A DNA stretch of 32,671 bases. Source: an uncultured Bacteroidales bacterium (lineage in GTDB: Bacteria; Bacteroidota; Bacteroidia; Bacteroidales; SZUA-534). Under the pieces are notes generated by a model. It made no database searches. It was given only the letters and a program-made list of their open reading frames with translations, and had not been told where the DNA came from. The stretch lies in contig CAYRJP010000001.1 in NCBI GenBank assembly GCA_964424425.1, positions 9,782 to 42,452 of the forward strand, given 5' to 3'. The translations under genes were made by a program, and so were the position numbers. Positions 1 to 10,315 of the stretch are shown here, piece by piece (within the stretch, counting starts at the first letter, position 1; every line of letters starts with the position of its first letter).

Positions 1-2
1 CT

Positions 3-1196
3 CAATTTTACATTGACGGACAAATTCGTCCTCGTTACGAATTTAGAGACGGATACCGTAAATTTAGAGATTCAACATCAACTCCTGCAAATGTTATTTC
101 ACAACGCAGCCGAATATGTTTTGGTTACAAACATGACAGTCTTGAATTTAAAGTATCTTTTCAAGACGTGCACGCTTGGGGAGATATGGTTCCAAAAAAA
201 ATAAAATCCGGATATATAGGATTACACGAAGGATGGGTTAAATTCAAATTTAAGCATAATATCTACTTTCAAATTGGTAAACAAGAAGTTTTTTACGACA
301 ACAAAAGACTGATGACAAATGCCAATTGGAATCAGATAGGTTTTACTCACGATGCTATGAGATTGGGTTACAAATCGAAAAAATTTGAAATAGAAACCGT
401 ATTTGCCAAAAATCAAACATCGGCATATTTTGGAAATATTTATATTCCCGAAATACCAATGTATAAAATGCTAAATACCTTGTGGACATCGTATAAATTC
501 GGCAAAAAAAACAAAGTGTCTTTTCTTGCTCTTAGCGATTTAAGACAAAAGAACGATACTGTAAATACCGACTATGTGCGATTTACATTAGGACCTATTT
601 TAAATATGAATTTTAAAAATATAGGTTTTGATTTTAGAGCATTTTATCAAGGCGGAAAATTACAAAGCGGTCAAGATGTATCGGCTTATTATCTGAATTC
701 TGATATTAAAATTCCGATAAATAAAATAAAAGCAACAGTTGGTTTTGAGTTAATGTCGGGGACAGATGCCACAGACACAACAAATACCACAAGCAATGCT
801 TTTGATATTATGTACGGAACACGTCATAAATACAACGGTCAGATGGATTATTTTTCGACTCCGTCAACCACAAAAGGTTCCGGTTTGATTGATATTTATG
901 CAACTGTAAACTATCCTGTTTCTAAAAAAATGTCGGTAGGAGGACAGTGGCATTATTTCAGTCTGCAAAACAACTATGTTGATGCAAGCGGCAAAACTGT
1001 CTCAAAATATTTAGGCAACGAATTTGATTTTACGACAAAAATAAAATTCAATAAAATTGTAAGTCTGAATTTGGCATATTGTATGATGTTCGGCTCTGAA
1101 ACAACAGAGTTATTCAAAGGTGGTGACAAAGATTTATTTAACTCATACGGTTATGCAATGCTCACTATCAAACCAAGATTGTTTGAATCAAAATAA
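3..1196 (+). CDS. outer-membrane beta-barrel protein, alginate-export/porin-like (5' partial, open to window edge)
   Basis: Frame 3 is open from nt 3 (QFYIDGQIRPRYEFRDGYRKFRDSTS...) and runs directly into the tracked ORF 168..1196, so the Met at 168 is internal. Alternating beta-strand-like pattern rich in Y/F/G/N/T, with a terminal strand ...GYAMLTIKPRLF near the C-terminus. The family name is from recalled resemblance only. Confidence 0.6.
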   Translation, partial: QFYIDGQIRPRYEFRDGYRKFRDSTSTPANVISQRSRICFGYKHDSLEFKVSFQDVHAWGDMVPKKIKSGYIGLHEGWVKFKFKHNIYFQIGKQEVFYDNKRLMTNANWNQIGFTHDAMRLGYKSKKFEIETVFAKNQTSAYFGNIYIPEIPMYKMLNTLWTSYKFGKKNKVSFLALSDLRQKNDTVNTDYVRFTLGPILNMNFKNIGFDFRAFYQGGKLQSGQDVSAYYLNSDIKIPINKIKATVGFELMSGTDATDTTNTTSNAFDIMYGTRHKYNGQMDYFSTPSTTKGSGLIDIYATVNYPVSKKMSVGGQWHYFSLQNNYVDASGKTVSKYLGNEFDFTTKIKFNKIVSLNLAYCMMFGSETTELFKGGDKDLFNSYGYAMLTIKPRLFESK

Positions 1197-1243
1197 TCTT
1201 TTAAAAAAAGTAACTATATAAAGTACTTTCATATTTAAACCTA

Positions 1244-1276
1244 CAAAAAAAGCTGTCTTTTCAGACAGCTTTTTTA
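1244..1276. terminator. bidirectional intrinsic terminator between convergent porin gene and ppdK
   Basis: A7 run (1244-1250), perfect 8-bp stem AGCTGTCT (1251-1258) / AGACAGCT (1263-1270) with loop TTTC, then T6 (1271-1276). Confidence 0.8.
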
Positions 1277-1293
1277 TATCATAATAAAACATA

Positions 1294-4020
1294 TTACTTA
1301 CGAATATTTGCTTGAGCAGCAGCTAAACGTGCAATAGGCACACGGAACGGAGAGCAAGAAACATAATCCATTCCTACACCGTTACAAAACTCAACTGATG
1401 AAGGTTCTCCACCATGCTCACCACAGATACCTACTTTTAAATCGGCACGAGCATCTCTACCTTTTTTAGTTCCCATTTCAACCAACTGACCTACACCTGT
1501 TTGGTCAAGAACTTGGAAAGGATCGTTTTTCAAGATACCTTTTTCGATGTAAATAGGTAAGAATTTACCTGCATCATCACGAGAGTAACCGAATGTCATT
1601 TGAGTAAGGTCATTTGTTCCGAAAGAGAAAAACTCTGCTTTTTTAGCAATTTCATCGGCAGTTAAAGCTGCACGAGGAATTTCAATCATAGTTCCTACCA
1701 TATAATCAACTTCAACACCTTTTTCTTTCATCACCTCAGTTGCAACTCTGCGGATAATCTCCTCTTGCATTTCAAATTCTTTAACTGTTCCAATCAAAGG
1801 AACCATAATTTCAGGCTTAGGATTCAATCCTTTAGCTTTTAAGTTACAAGCAGCTTCAATAATTGCACGAGCTTGCATCTCGGTAATTTCAGGATAAGTA
1901 TTACCCAAACGACAACCTCTATGACCTAACATGGGGTTAAATTCGTGTAAAGATTCAACTTTTTCTTTAACTATTTTAACATCAACGCCCAGCTTTTCAG
2001 CCATTTCTTGTTGAGCTTCGGGTTCGTTTGGTGTAAATTCGTGCAATGGAGGGTCAAGTAAGCGAATAGTAACTCCAAAACCGTCCATAGCTTCAAGAAT
2101 ACCTTCGAAATCACCACGCTGAATAGGTAATAATTTATCCAAAGCCTTTTGACGACCGGCTAAATCATCGGCAAGAATCATTTCACGAACAGCCCAGATA
2201 CGCTCTCCTTCAAAGAACATATGCTCTGTACGACAAAGTCCGATACCTTTTGCTCCAAAATCGCGAGCTACCTGAGCATCGTGAGGAGTATCAGCATTTG
2301 TACGAACATACATTCTTGTATATTTATCAGCTAAATCCATTATTTTACCAAAGTTACCCGAAAGTTGAGGAGTAATTGTTCCTACTTTTCCTTCGTAAAC
2401 TTCACCGGTAGTTCCATTTAAACTCATCCAGTCACCTTCTTTGAAAGTAACTCCTTTGATTGTCATTGTGCGAGCTTTATAATCAACAGCTACATCGCCG
2501 GCTCCCGACACACAACATTTTCCCATACCGCGAGCAACTACTGCAGCGTGAGAAGTCATACCTCCGCGAGCTGTAAGAATACCTTCAGCAGCATGCATTC
2601 CACGTAAATCTTCGGGAGAAGTTTCAATACGAACAAGAACAACTTTTTCACCTTTAGCAGCCCACTCTTCAGCTTCATCAGCAAAGAAAACCACACGACC
2701 TGTTGCTGCTCCCGGTGAAGCAGGAAGACCTTTTGTCAAAGTTCTTGCAGAAACAATAGCTTCTTTTTCAAAAACAGGATGTAATAATTCATCTAATTTA
2801 TTTGGGTCTTGACGCAATAATGCTGTTTTTTCGTCAATCATTCCCTCTTGTAACATTTCTACTGCAATACGCACCATAGCTGCTCCTGTGCGTTTCCCAT
2901 TTCGTGTTTGAAGCATCCATAATTTACCGTCTTGAATAGTAAATTCAAGATCTTGCATATCTTTATAATGATTTTCAAGTTTATTTTGAACATCAAATAA
3001 TTCTTTATAAGCATTTGGCATTGTTTCTTCCAACGAAGGATATTTTGAAGCTCTCTCCTCTTCAGATACTCCTTGCATTTTAGCCCAACGACGCGAACCT
3101 TCAAGAGTGATTTCTTGTGGTGTACGAACACCTGCCACAACATCTTCACCCTGAGCATTAATTAAATACTCTCCATTGAAAATATTTTCGCCTGTAGCGG
3201 CATCACGAGAAAAAGCAACACCTGTAGCAGAGTTATCACCCATGTTACCATAAACCATTGCTTGAACATTAACAGCAGTTCCCCATTCTCCTGGTATTCC
3301 TTCTAACTGACGATAGAGAATGGCACGCTCTGTATTCCAAGAATCAAACACAGCACAAACAGCTCCCCAAAGTTGCTCCCATGGGTCTGTCGGGAAATCT
3401 TTACCTGTTTGATTTTTTACAACAACCTTAAATAGTTTAACTAACTCTTGTAAATCTTCAACAGTAAAATCAGTATCTGACTTGTATCCTTTTTGCTCTT
3501 TAATTTTATCCATCTCTATTTCGAACGGGTCGTGCTCACCTTTTTCGGCTGCAACACCCATTACAACATCACCATACATTTGAATAAAGCGACGATATGA
3601 ATCCCAAGCAAAACGAGGATTACCTGATTTTTCGGCTACTATTTTAACTGCATCATCATTCATTCCCAGATTCAACACAGTATCCATCATACCGGGCATT
3701 GATACTCTTGCTCCTGAACGAACAGAAACCAATAAAGGGAATGCCTCTCCCTTAGAACCGAATTTTGCATTCATTACTTTCTCGGTATTCGCAATTCCCG
3801 CTTCTACATCCGCTTTAATTAAATCAACCACTGCATCTCTACCCAACTCATTATATTCGGTACAAACTTCGGTTGTAATTGTAAATCCGGCAGGTACCGG
3901 AACTCCAATTAAATTCATCTCTGCAAGGTTAGCTCCCTTTCCGCCCAACAGATTCTTCATATCTGCTCTACCTTCGGCTTTTCCGTTTCCAAAAGTATAA
4001 ACACGTTTTTTCTGTGTCAT
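1294..4020 (-). CDS. ppdK: pyruvate, phosphate dikinase
   Basis: 908 aa. Phosphohistidine motif [16 protein letters not shown], ...RTNADTP..., [16 protein letters not shown](E)P. Full-length PPDK architecture. Confidence 0.97.
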   Translation of the reverse strand: MTQKKRVYTFGNGKAEGRADMKNLLGGKGANLAEMNLIGVPVPAGFTITTEVCTEYNELGRDAVVDLIKADVEAGIANTEKVMNAKFGSKGEAFPLLVSVRSGARVSMPGMMDTVLNLGMNDDAVKIVAEKSGNPRFAWDSYRRFIQMYGDVVMGVAAEKGEHDPFEIEMDKIKEQKGYKSDTDFTVEDLQELVKLFKVVVKNQTGKDFPTDPWEQLWGAVCAVFDSWNTERAILYRQLEGIPGEWGTAVNVQAMVYGNMGDNSATGVAFSRDAATGENIFNGEYLINAQGEDVVAGVRTPQEITLEGSRRWAKMQGVSEEERASKYPSLEETMPNAYKELFDVQNKLENHYKDMQDLEFTIQDGKLWMLQTRNGKRTGAAMVRIAVEMLQEGMIDEKTALLRQDPNKLDELLHPVFEKEAIVSARTLTKGLPASPGAATGRVVFFADEAEEWAAKGEKVVLVRIETSPEDLRGMHAAEGILTARGGMTSHAAVVARGMGKCCVSGAGDVAVDYKARTMTIKGVTFKEGDWMSLNGTTGEVYEGKVGTITPQLSGNFGKIMDLADKYTRMYVRTNADTPHDAQVARDFGAKGIGLCRTEHMFFEGERIWAVREMILADDLAGRQKALDKLLPIQRGDFEGILEAMDGFGVTIRLLDPPLHEFTPNEPEAQQEMAEKLGVDVKIVKEKVESLHEFNPMLGHRGCRLGNTYPEITEMQARAIIEAACNLKAKGLNPKPEIMVPLIGTVKEFEMQEEIIRRVATEVMKEKGVEVDYMVGTMIEIPRAALTADEIAKKAEFFSFGTNDLTQMTFGYSRDDAGKFLPIYIEKGILKNDPFQVLDQTGVGQLVEMGTKKGRDARADLKVGICGEHGGEPSSVEFCNGVGMDYVSCSPFRVPIARLAAAQANIRK

Positions 4021-4054
4021 AATAATTAATTTTTAAATTATTTTCATATCATAT

Positions 4055-4080
4055 AAAACATTGTCACTAAACAATGTTTT
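4055..4080 (-). promoter_or_regulatory. perfect 10-bp hairpin in the ppdK 5' leader
   Basis: AAAACATTGT (4055-4064) / ACAATGTTTT (4071-4080) with 6-nt loop, 35-60 nt upstream of the ppdK ATG and immediately downstream of the candidate -7 box. Confidence 0.5.
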
Positions 4081-4089
4081 TTAGCAGAA

Positions 4090-4097
4090 CAAAATTA
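4090..4097 (-). promoter_or_regulatory. candidate Bacteroidota -7 promoter box (TAnnTTTG) for ppdK
   Basis: Plus strand CAAAATTA = minus strand TAATTTTG, an exact match to the TAnnTTTG consensus, about 70 nt upstream of the ppdK start. Confidence 0.4.
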
Positions 4098-4181
4098 AAA
4101 TATTTTAACTGATTTCAAGTAAGATTTTTTAAAATATTTACTCTATGCAACACAACTATAAATAAAAAAACATTTATCAAA

Positions 4182-4198
4182 TAGATTTCTTAAAATTT
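4182..4198 (+). promoter_or_regulatory. 17-mer TAGATTTCTTAAAATTT, copy 1 (begins with near-consensus -7 box TAGATTTC)
   Basis: Identical to 5418-5434. Lies inside the dyad AAATAGAT (4179-4186) / ATCTATTT (4202-4209), 91 nt upstream of the lipoprotein ATG. Confidence 0.45.
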
Positions 4199-4288
4199 AA
4201 TATCTATTTTTAGAATATAAATCACCAATATGCGTTACTTTATATAAGTAAATAACATTATTTTAAACAATTAACACCTTAATTTATT

Positions 4289-5140
4289 ATGAAAAACATT
4301 GTAATCTTAGTTTTTATTGCTTTTATGTTCAGTATGTGTACTTCAAATCAAAAAGCAAAAGAAGAACTTTTAACAAAAAACGACAGTCTTCAAAGATTGG
4401 TAATCAACAAAGATTCTGCACTATATGCAGTTATTAATACTTTTAATGAGATTGAAGATAATTTGCAATCTATTAAGGAAAAGGAAAATATAATATCATC
4501 AACTGCTCAAGATGCAGAAGACAACCGCTCAAGAGAGCAAAAAATAAATGATGATATAAATATGATTTATAACTTAATGAAAGAGAATAAAAATAAAGTT
4601 AGATATCTGCAAAGACAACTAAAGAATGCTAAAATTAAAAATAAAGATTTAGAAAACACTATTAAAAATCTTCAAGAGAGATTAGCTGAGAAAAATGAAG
4701 AGATTCTTAATTTACGCCGCTCTCTTTTAGATATGAATCTTAAAATTGATGAACTTACTTATTCTATGGACTCTTTAAACTTTGATATTCAGGTTAAATC
4801 GGAAATTATAAAAGCTCAAGAAGAAGACCTTAATACCGGTTATTATCTGTTTGGCACAACCAAAGAACTTAAAGATTTACAAATTATAAATAATAAAGGT
4901 AGTTTTTTAGGCACAAAAAAACTAAATCAAGATTTTGATAAAGACCATTTTACAAAAATTGACATAAGAAACCAAAAAACTTTTGTTTTTAATGATACAA
5001 AAAAGATAAAAATTATAACTTCACATCCATCAGGCAGTTATACTATTTATGGAGAAAAGCCTGTTGATAGCTTAGTTATTAATAATATTGATGATTTTTG
5101 GAGTATCTCAAAATATCTGGTAATAATGATTAATAAATAA
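4289..5140 (+). CDS. coiled-coil lipoprotein, function unknown
   Basis: N-terminus MKNIVILVFIAFMFSMC has a signal peptide plus lipobox Cys. About 150 aa of K/E/N/L-rich heptad-like sequence follows, then a small globular C-terminal domain (...GYYLFGTTKEL...ITSHPSGSYTIYG...). Confidence 0.75.
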   Translation: MKNIVILVFIAFMFSMCTSNQKAKEELLTKNDSLQRLVINKDSALYAVINTFNEIEDNLQSIKEKENIISSTAQDAEDNRSREQKINDDINMIYNLMKENKNKVRYLQRQLKNAKIKNKDLENTIKNLQERLAEKNEEILNLRRSLLDMNLKIDELTYSMDSLNFDIQVKSEIIKAQEEDLNTGYYLFGTTKELKDLQIINNKGSFLGTKKLNQDFDKDHFTKIDIRNQKTFVFNDTKKIKIITSHPSGSYTIYGEKPVDSLVINNIDDFWSISKYLVIMINK

Positions 5141-5162
5141 TTTTAAATTCAAGAATCTATCT

Positions 5163-5265
5163 AAAAAGTAGTCATTACGAACAAAAGAAATAAATTTCTT
5201 AGCTGATAACAGTATTTTTTTCAAACAAATTACTGCATATCTCACTTTCGTAATGACTATTTTTT
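5163..5265 (+). repeat. 19-bp long-range inverted repeat enclosing 65 nt (structured terminator or small structured RNA candidate)
   Basis: 5163-5181 pairs with 5247-5265: 18 Watson-Crick pairs plus one G.T, including the perfect 12-mer AGTCATTACGAA / TTCGTAATGACT. Nested hairpin AAGAAAT / ATTTCTT at 5185-5200. The right arm runs into a T7 tract (5260-5266). The repeat starts 23 nt after the lipoprotein stop. Confidence 0.55.
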
Positions 5266-5417
5266 TATTCTTAGACAGTTTTATAAAAATATTAGATATC
5301 ATAAACAAAAATTACAGCTACATTACCACTATAAAAACACTACTTTTACTATTTTATTAACTCTTATAATAATTACATTAACTATTTTCTTGATAATTTA
5401 AAAAATCTAAATTATAT

Positions 5418-5434
5418 TAGATTTCTTAAAATTT
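5418..5434 (+). promoter_or_regulatory. 17-mer TAGATTTCTTAAAATTT, copy 2 (candidate promoter core of the 5450 gene)
   Basis: Identical to 4182-4198. Its 5' half is the right arm of hairpin AAATCTAA (5403-5410) / TTAGATTT (5417-5424). It ends 15 nt before the ATG at 5450. Confidence 0.45.
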
Positions 5435-5449
5435 CAGATAACTAACTCA

Positions 5450-6544
5450 ATGTCGTTACAACAATTGTTATTACAAAAATTTGATACAACTCATGAAAAT
5501 TTTTTTATGAGTATATATCCTGATTTTAAAAGATATATCAATATAAATTTTGGTAACGGTCACAATTATTTTTCGGTATTACCCAAAACAAATTGTTATA
5601 TTAACGATCCAAATCCCGAGGTAATTGATTTTTACAAAAATATTTCTGATGCCAATTTACTATCTGAATTAAATAAAATCAGTGATGCATGGCTGTTATT
5701 AGGGCATTTCAGCAAATTATCGGCAAAAGAAATTTATATCTCTTTTGAAGATTATATAAACAATATAATAACTTCCGAAGATATTAAATATATGGTGCAA
5801 GCCATTATTTTTATGAATATCAATAACGATGCTTTTAATTTATTATTTAATAAAGATTTTATTATAAGTATTGATTTATTTACCAAATCATTAATTAATA
5901 ATACCGTAAATCAACTAAAAAAGATAAAAAGCATTACAGATATTTCTCAATCTACACAAAATGAGTTTGAAATTATAATAGAAACCGGTCTCAGAAGAGG
6001 TTTTTTTGAACATTTTCAAAATTTAATAAATCTTCAAAACACAGGACTTATTGACTGTATATCAGACATTAAAAGGTGTTCTATTTGGTTCTTTTTAGGA
6101 AAAACATCAAAAGGAAATAAAATAGTTTATGACGATGATAATAATTTAAAATGTCAATACAGCGGGAAGTCTTCAAATTCTATTTCGTTAAAGTCTATTA
6201 TCGAGAAATTTGAATCTTACGAAATAAAAGAGTTATTTAAAAGAACAACTTTTTATAACTCATCTATTACCAAATTTATAGATGATATTAATATAAAAGA
6301 AGATGATGTGATAATTGCCGATTTCAGAACCAACAAACAATACACCCCTATTCAAAGTGATAATATTTATTTTAACGATATCATTTGTTCTATAAGTTTA
6401 CTTATTGCATCTAATTATAATTGGATTTGTTATTTTAACAGTAAAGTTTTATTTGACAAAATAAAAGATAAGAGTGATTTTATTTTGCTTAATAATGCTG
6501 ATGAATATATTTTATTACCTTCAAAAATAAAAATGCCCACTTAA
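5450..6544 (+). CDS. hypothetical protein, Dam (D12 class) methyltransferase-like fold with degenerate catalytic motif
   Basis: 364 aa, extremely AT-rich (8 G+C in nt 5821-5880). Collinear with recalled E. coli Dam motifs: NINFGNGHNYF (vs EPFVGAGSVF), CYINDPNPEVIDFYKNI (vs YILADINSDLISLYNIV), FFLGKTSKGN...QYSGK (vs FLYLNRYGYNG...NVPFG), VIIADFRTNKQY (vs VVYCDPPYAPL). Confidence 0.45.
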   Translation: MSLQQLLLQKFDTTHENFFMSIYPDFKRYININFGNGHNYFSVLPKTNCYINDPNPEVIDFYKNISDANLLSELNKISDAWLLLGHFSKLSAKEIYISFEDYINNIITSEDIKYMVQAIIFMNINNDAFNLLFNKDFIISIDLFTKSLINNTVNQLKKIKSITDISQSTQNEFEIIIETGLRRGFFEHFQNLINLQNTGLIDCISDIKRCSIWFFLGKTSKGNKIVYDDDNNLKCQYSGKSSNSISLKSIIEKFESYEIKELFKRTTFYNSSITKFIDDINIKEDDVIIADFRTNKQYTPIQSDNIYFNDIICSISLLIASNYNWICYFNSKVLFDKIKDKSDFILLNNADEYILLPSKIKMPT

Positions 6545-6562
6545 AATTAAGCAGGCATTTTT
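6529..6562. terminator. bidirectional terminator between convergent 5450 gene and eno
   Basis: AAAAATGCC (6529-6537) / GGCATTTTT (6554-6562), with an inner 3-bp extension CTT/AAG. A/T runs on both sides. It overlaps the last codons of the plus-strand gene. Confidence 0.6.
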
Positions 6563-6583
6563 AATATTATTAATCTAAAGATT

Positions 6584-7969
<1,386 letters not shown>

Positions 7970-7973
7970 TCAT

Positions 7974-8011
7974 AAAAAAAGGGATAAATATAAAGAATTT
8001 ATCCCTTTTTT
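7974..8011 (-). terminator. intrinsic terminator ending the ribosomal supercluster (after rplQ)
   Basis: Perfect 9-bp stem GGGATAAAT (7981-7989) / ATTTATCCC (7997-8005), flanked by A7 (7974-7980) and T6 (8006-8011). Confidence 0.8.
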
Positions 8012-8031
8012 GTATATCAAAAAGAATGATT

Positions 8032-8670
8032 TTACTCTTTATCTTCAGATTTTTCTTCTTTTTTATTATCAGTCTCCTCTGCCGCTTTTGCTTGTTCTTC
8101 AACCTTAGCTTCTTCTGTTTTGTTTTCTACTTTGGGAGTTTCAACTTTTTCAGTTTTCACTTCTTCGGTAGCAACAGCTTCAGGTTGTTGAACATCAACA
8201 TTTTCTGTTTTATTTACAGTAGCAGTTTCTGCTTTAGGAGTAGTTTTTTTACCACCTCTTCTTCTGCGAGAAGTTGATTTTTTAGTTTCTTGTTTTGCCT
8301 GAGTATAACTTTCATTATAATCAACCAATTCAATAATACACATTTCTGCATTATCACCCAAACGAGTGGCAGTTTTTAATATTCGTGTATAACCTCCCGG
8401 ACGATTAGCTACTTTTACAGCTACATCTCTAAAAAGTTCGGCTACACTCTCTTTATTTTGAAGATAACTAAAAACTACTCTTCGTGAATGTGTTGAATCA
8501 ACCTTTGATTTTGTAATCAAAGGCTCCACATAACTTCTTAAAGCCTTAGCTTTAGCCACTGTTGTATTAATTCTCTTGTGAAGGATTAATGATGAAGCCA
8601 TATTTGCCAACATGGCATTACGGTGAGCGGCTTTTCTTCCTAAATGATTAAAACTTTTATTATGTCTCAT
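8032..8670 (-). CDS. rplQ: 50S ribosomal protein L17 with long acidic/basic C-terminal tail
   Basis: [21 protein letters not shown]... L17 core of about 120 aa, followed by about 90 aa of K/E/T/A-rich low-complexity tail. Position after rpoA. Confidence 0.96.
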   Translation of the reverse strand: MRHNKSFNHLGRKAAHRNAMLANMASSLILHKRINTTVAKAKALRSYVEPLITKSKVDSTHSRRVVFSYLQNKESVAELFRDVAVKVANRPGGYTRILKTATRLGDNAEMCIIELVDYNESYTQAKQETKKSTSRRRRGGKKTTPKAETATVNKTENVDVQQPEAVATEEVKTEKVETPKVENKTEEAKVEEQAKAAEETDNKKEEKSEDKE

Positions 8671-8675
8671 CTCAA

Positions 8676-9668
8676 TTATTCTTTCTCAATTTTATACTTA
8701 CTGATGTCCATTCCAAAAGTAAGATTCATTGAATCTAACAAATCTTCAAGTTCAGTTAACGATTTTTTACCAAAGTTTCTGAATTTCAAAAGATCATTTT
8801 TGTTGAAAGTACACAAATCACCTAAAGTATCAACATCTGCAGCTTTCAAACAGTTCAAAGCACGAACTGAAAGATCCATATCAACCAATTTTGTTTTAAG
8901 TAACTGGCGCATGTGTAATACTTCTTCATCAAATTCTTCTGCCTGATATTTATCATCAGAGTCGAGAGTAATTTTCTCGTCAGAGAATAACATAAAGTGA
9001 TAAATAAGTATTTTTGCTGCTTCTTTCAAAGCATCTTTAGGATGGATTGACCCATCAGTTTTAATTTCAAACACAAGCTTTTCGTAGTCTGTTTTTTGTT
9101 CAACCCGATAGTTTTCAACAGCATACTTAACATTGCGAATAGGAGTATGAATAGAATCTAAAGCAATTACACCAAATTCTGCATCAACAGGCATATTCTC
9201 TTCAGAAGGCACATAGCCACGTCCTTTGTTGATGGTTATTTCCAATTGTAATTTCACAGAAGGTTCTAACTTACAAATTACCAAATCAGGATTTAAAACT
9301 TTAAAACCTGTAATAAAGCGAGCTATATCACCGGCAGTAAAAACATCTTGATCGGTAATGGTAATAGAAACCTTTTCGTGATCAATTTCTTCAATTTGTT
9401 GCTTAAATCTAACTTGCTTAAGATTTAGTATTATTTCGGTAACATCCTCAATTACTCCGGGGATTGTAGAAAATTCATGTTCTACACCTTCAATTTTTAC
9501 GGTAGTAATTGCAAAACCTTCCAATGAAGATAACAATATTCTGCGTAAAGCGTTACCTACTGTATTACCATATCCCGGTTCCAATGGTCTGAATTCGAAT
9601 TTACCTTGATAGTCATCCGCATCCAGCATTATAACTTTATCGGGCTTTTGAAAAGCTAAAATTGCCAT
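8676..9668 (-). CDS. rpoA: DNA-directed RNA polymerase subunit alpha
   Basis: [12 protein letters not shown]..., [15 protein letters not shown]-terminal domain ...[18 protein letters not shown]. Synteny rpsD-rpoA-rplQ. Confidence 0.97.
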   Translation of the reverse strand: MAILAFQKPDKVIMLDADDYQGKFEFRPLEPGYGNTVGNALRRILLSSLEGFAITTVKIEGVEHEFSTIPGVIEDVTEIILNLKQVRFKQQIEEIDHEKVSITITDQDVFTAGDIARFITGFKVLNPDLVICKLEPSVKLQLEITINKGRGYVPSEENMPVDAEFGVIALDSIHTPIRNVKYAVENYRVEQKTDYEKLVFEIKTDGSIHPKDALKEAAKILIYHFMLFSDEKITLDSDDKYQAEEFDEEVLHMRQLLKTKLVDMDLSVRALNCLKAADVDTLGDLCTFNKNDLLKFRNFGKKSLTELEDLLDSMNLTFGMDISKYKIEKE

Positions 9669-9679
9669 AATATTAATTA

Positions 9680-10288
9680 TTACTTAGAGTATAATTCTAC
9701 GATTAATTGTTCCTTAATATTTTCAGGTATCTCATCCCTTTGAGGAACATTAAGGTATTTACCACTTTTAGCATCACTATCCCATTCTAACCAAGGATAT
9801 TTGCTGTGGTTTTCACTTGCCAAAGCATTAGTTATTACTTCTAAAGATTTAGATTTTTCTCTAATGCCAATTATCTGACCCGGTTTTAATGTATAAGAAG
9901 GTATATTAACAACCTCGCTGTCAACAGTTACATGTTTGTGAGAAACTAACTGACGAGCAGCTGCTCTTGTAGGAGCAATGCCAAGACGATAAACAACGTT
10001 ATCTAATCTTGATTCTAATAGTTGTAATAAAACTTCACCGGTAACACCTTTGCTTCTGTGAGCTTTTTTAAACATGTTGGCAAATTGCTTTTCCAATATA
10101 CCGTAAGTATATTTAGCTTTTTGCTTTTCTTGAAGCTGAATACCGTATTCAGAGGTTTTTCTACGCTTCTTGTTTAATCCGTGTTGTCCCGGAGGAAAAT
10201 TTTTTCTTTCAAAATATTTATCCGGTCCGTAAATCGGGTCACCAAATTTTCTGGCAATCTTTGTTTTTGGTCCAATATATCTAGCCAT
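9680..10288 (-). CDS. rpsD: 30S ribosomal protein S4
   Basis: [16 protein letters not shown]..., [14 protein letters not shown]4 RNA-binding domain. Synteny. Confidence 0.97.
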   Translation of the reverse strand: MARYIGPKTKIARKFGDPIYGPDKYFERKNFPPGQHGLNKKRRKTSEYGIQLQEKQKAKYTYGILEKQFANMFKKAHRSKGVTGEVLLQLLESRLDNVVYRLGIAPTRAAARQLVSHKHVTVDSEVVNIPSYTLKPGQIIGIREKSKSLEVITNALASENHSKYPWLEWDSDAKSGKYLNVPQRDEIPENIKEQLIVELYSK

Positions 10289-10315
10289 CTGCTAAAATTT
10301 TTAATCAATTCAAAA

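Noticed and set aside
13-204. 63-aa plus-strand ORF at the window start
   Set aside because: It overlaps, in another frame, the porin reading frame, which is open from nt 3 and continuous with 168..1196. The porin-like translation (RPRYEFRDGYR...) is the credible one.
222-416. 64-aa antisense ORF inside the porin gene
   Set aside because: It lies opposite a well-supported CDS and has low-complexity, hydrophobic shadow-ORF composition.
2859-3158. 99-aa alternative-frame ORF inside ppdK
   Set aside because: It is fully nested in a highly conserved CDS in a different frame, with no independent signal.
5108-5308. 66-aa minus-strand ORF between the lipoprotein gene and the Dam-like gene
   Set aside because: It overlaps the 3' end of the lipoprotein CDS and spans the 19-bp inverted repeat and T/A tracts. 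The I/K/F/N-rich translation is typical of random AT-rich DNA.
5381-5400. Possible degenerate tandem copy of the 17-mer (TATTTTCTTGATAATTT) just upstream of copy 2
   Set aside because: It needs indels to align, and its composition is nearly pure A/T, so it cannot be told apart from low-complexity similarity.
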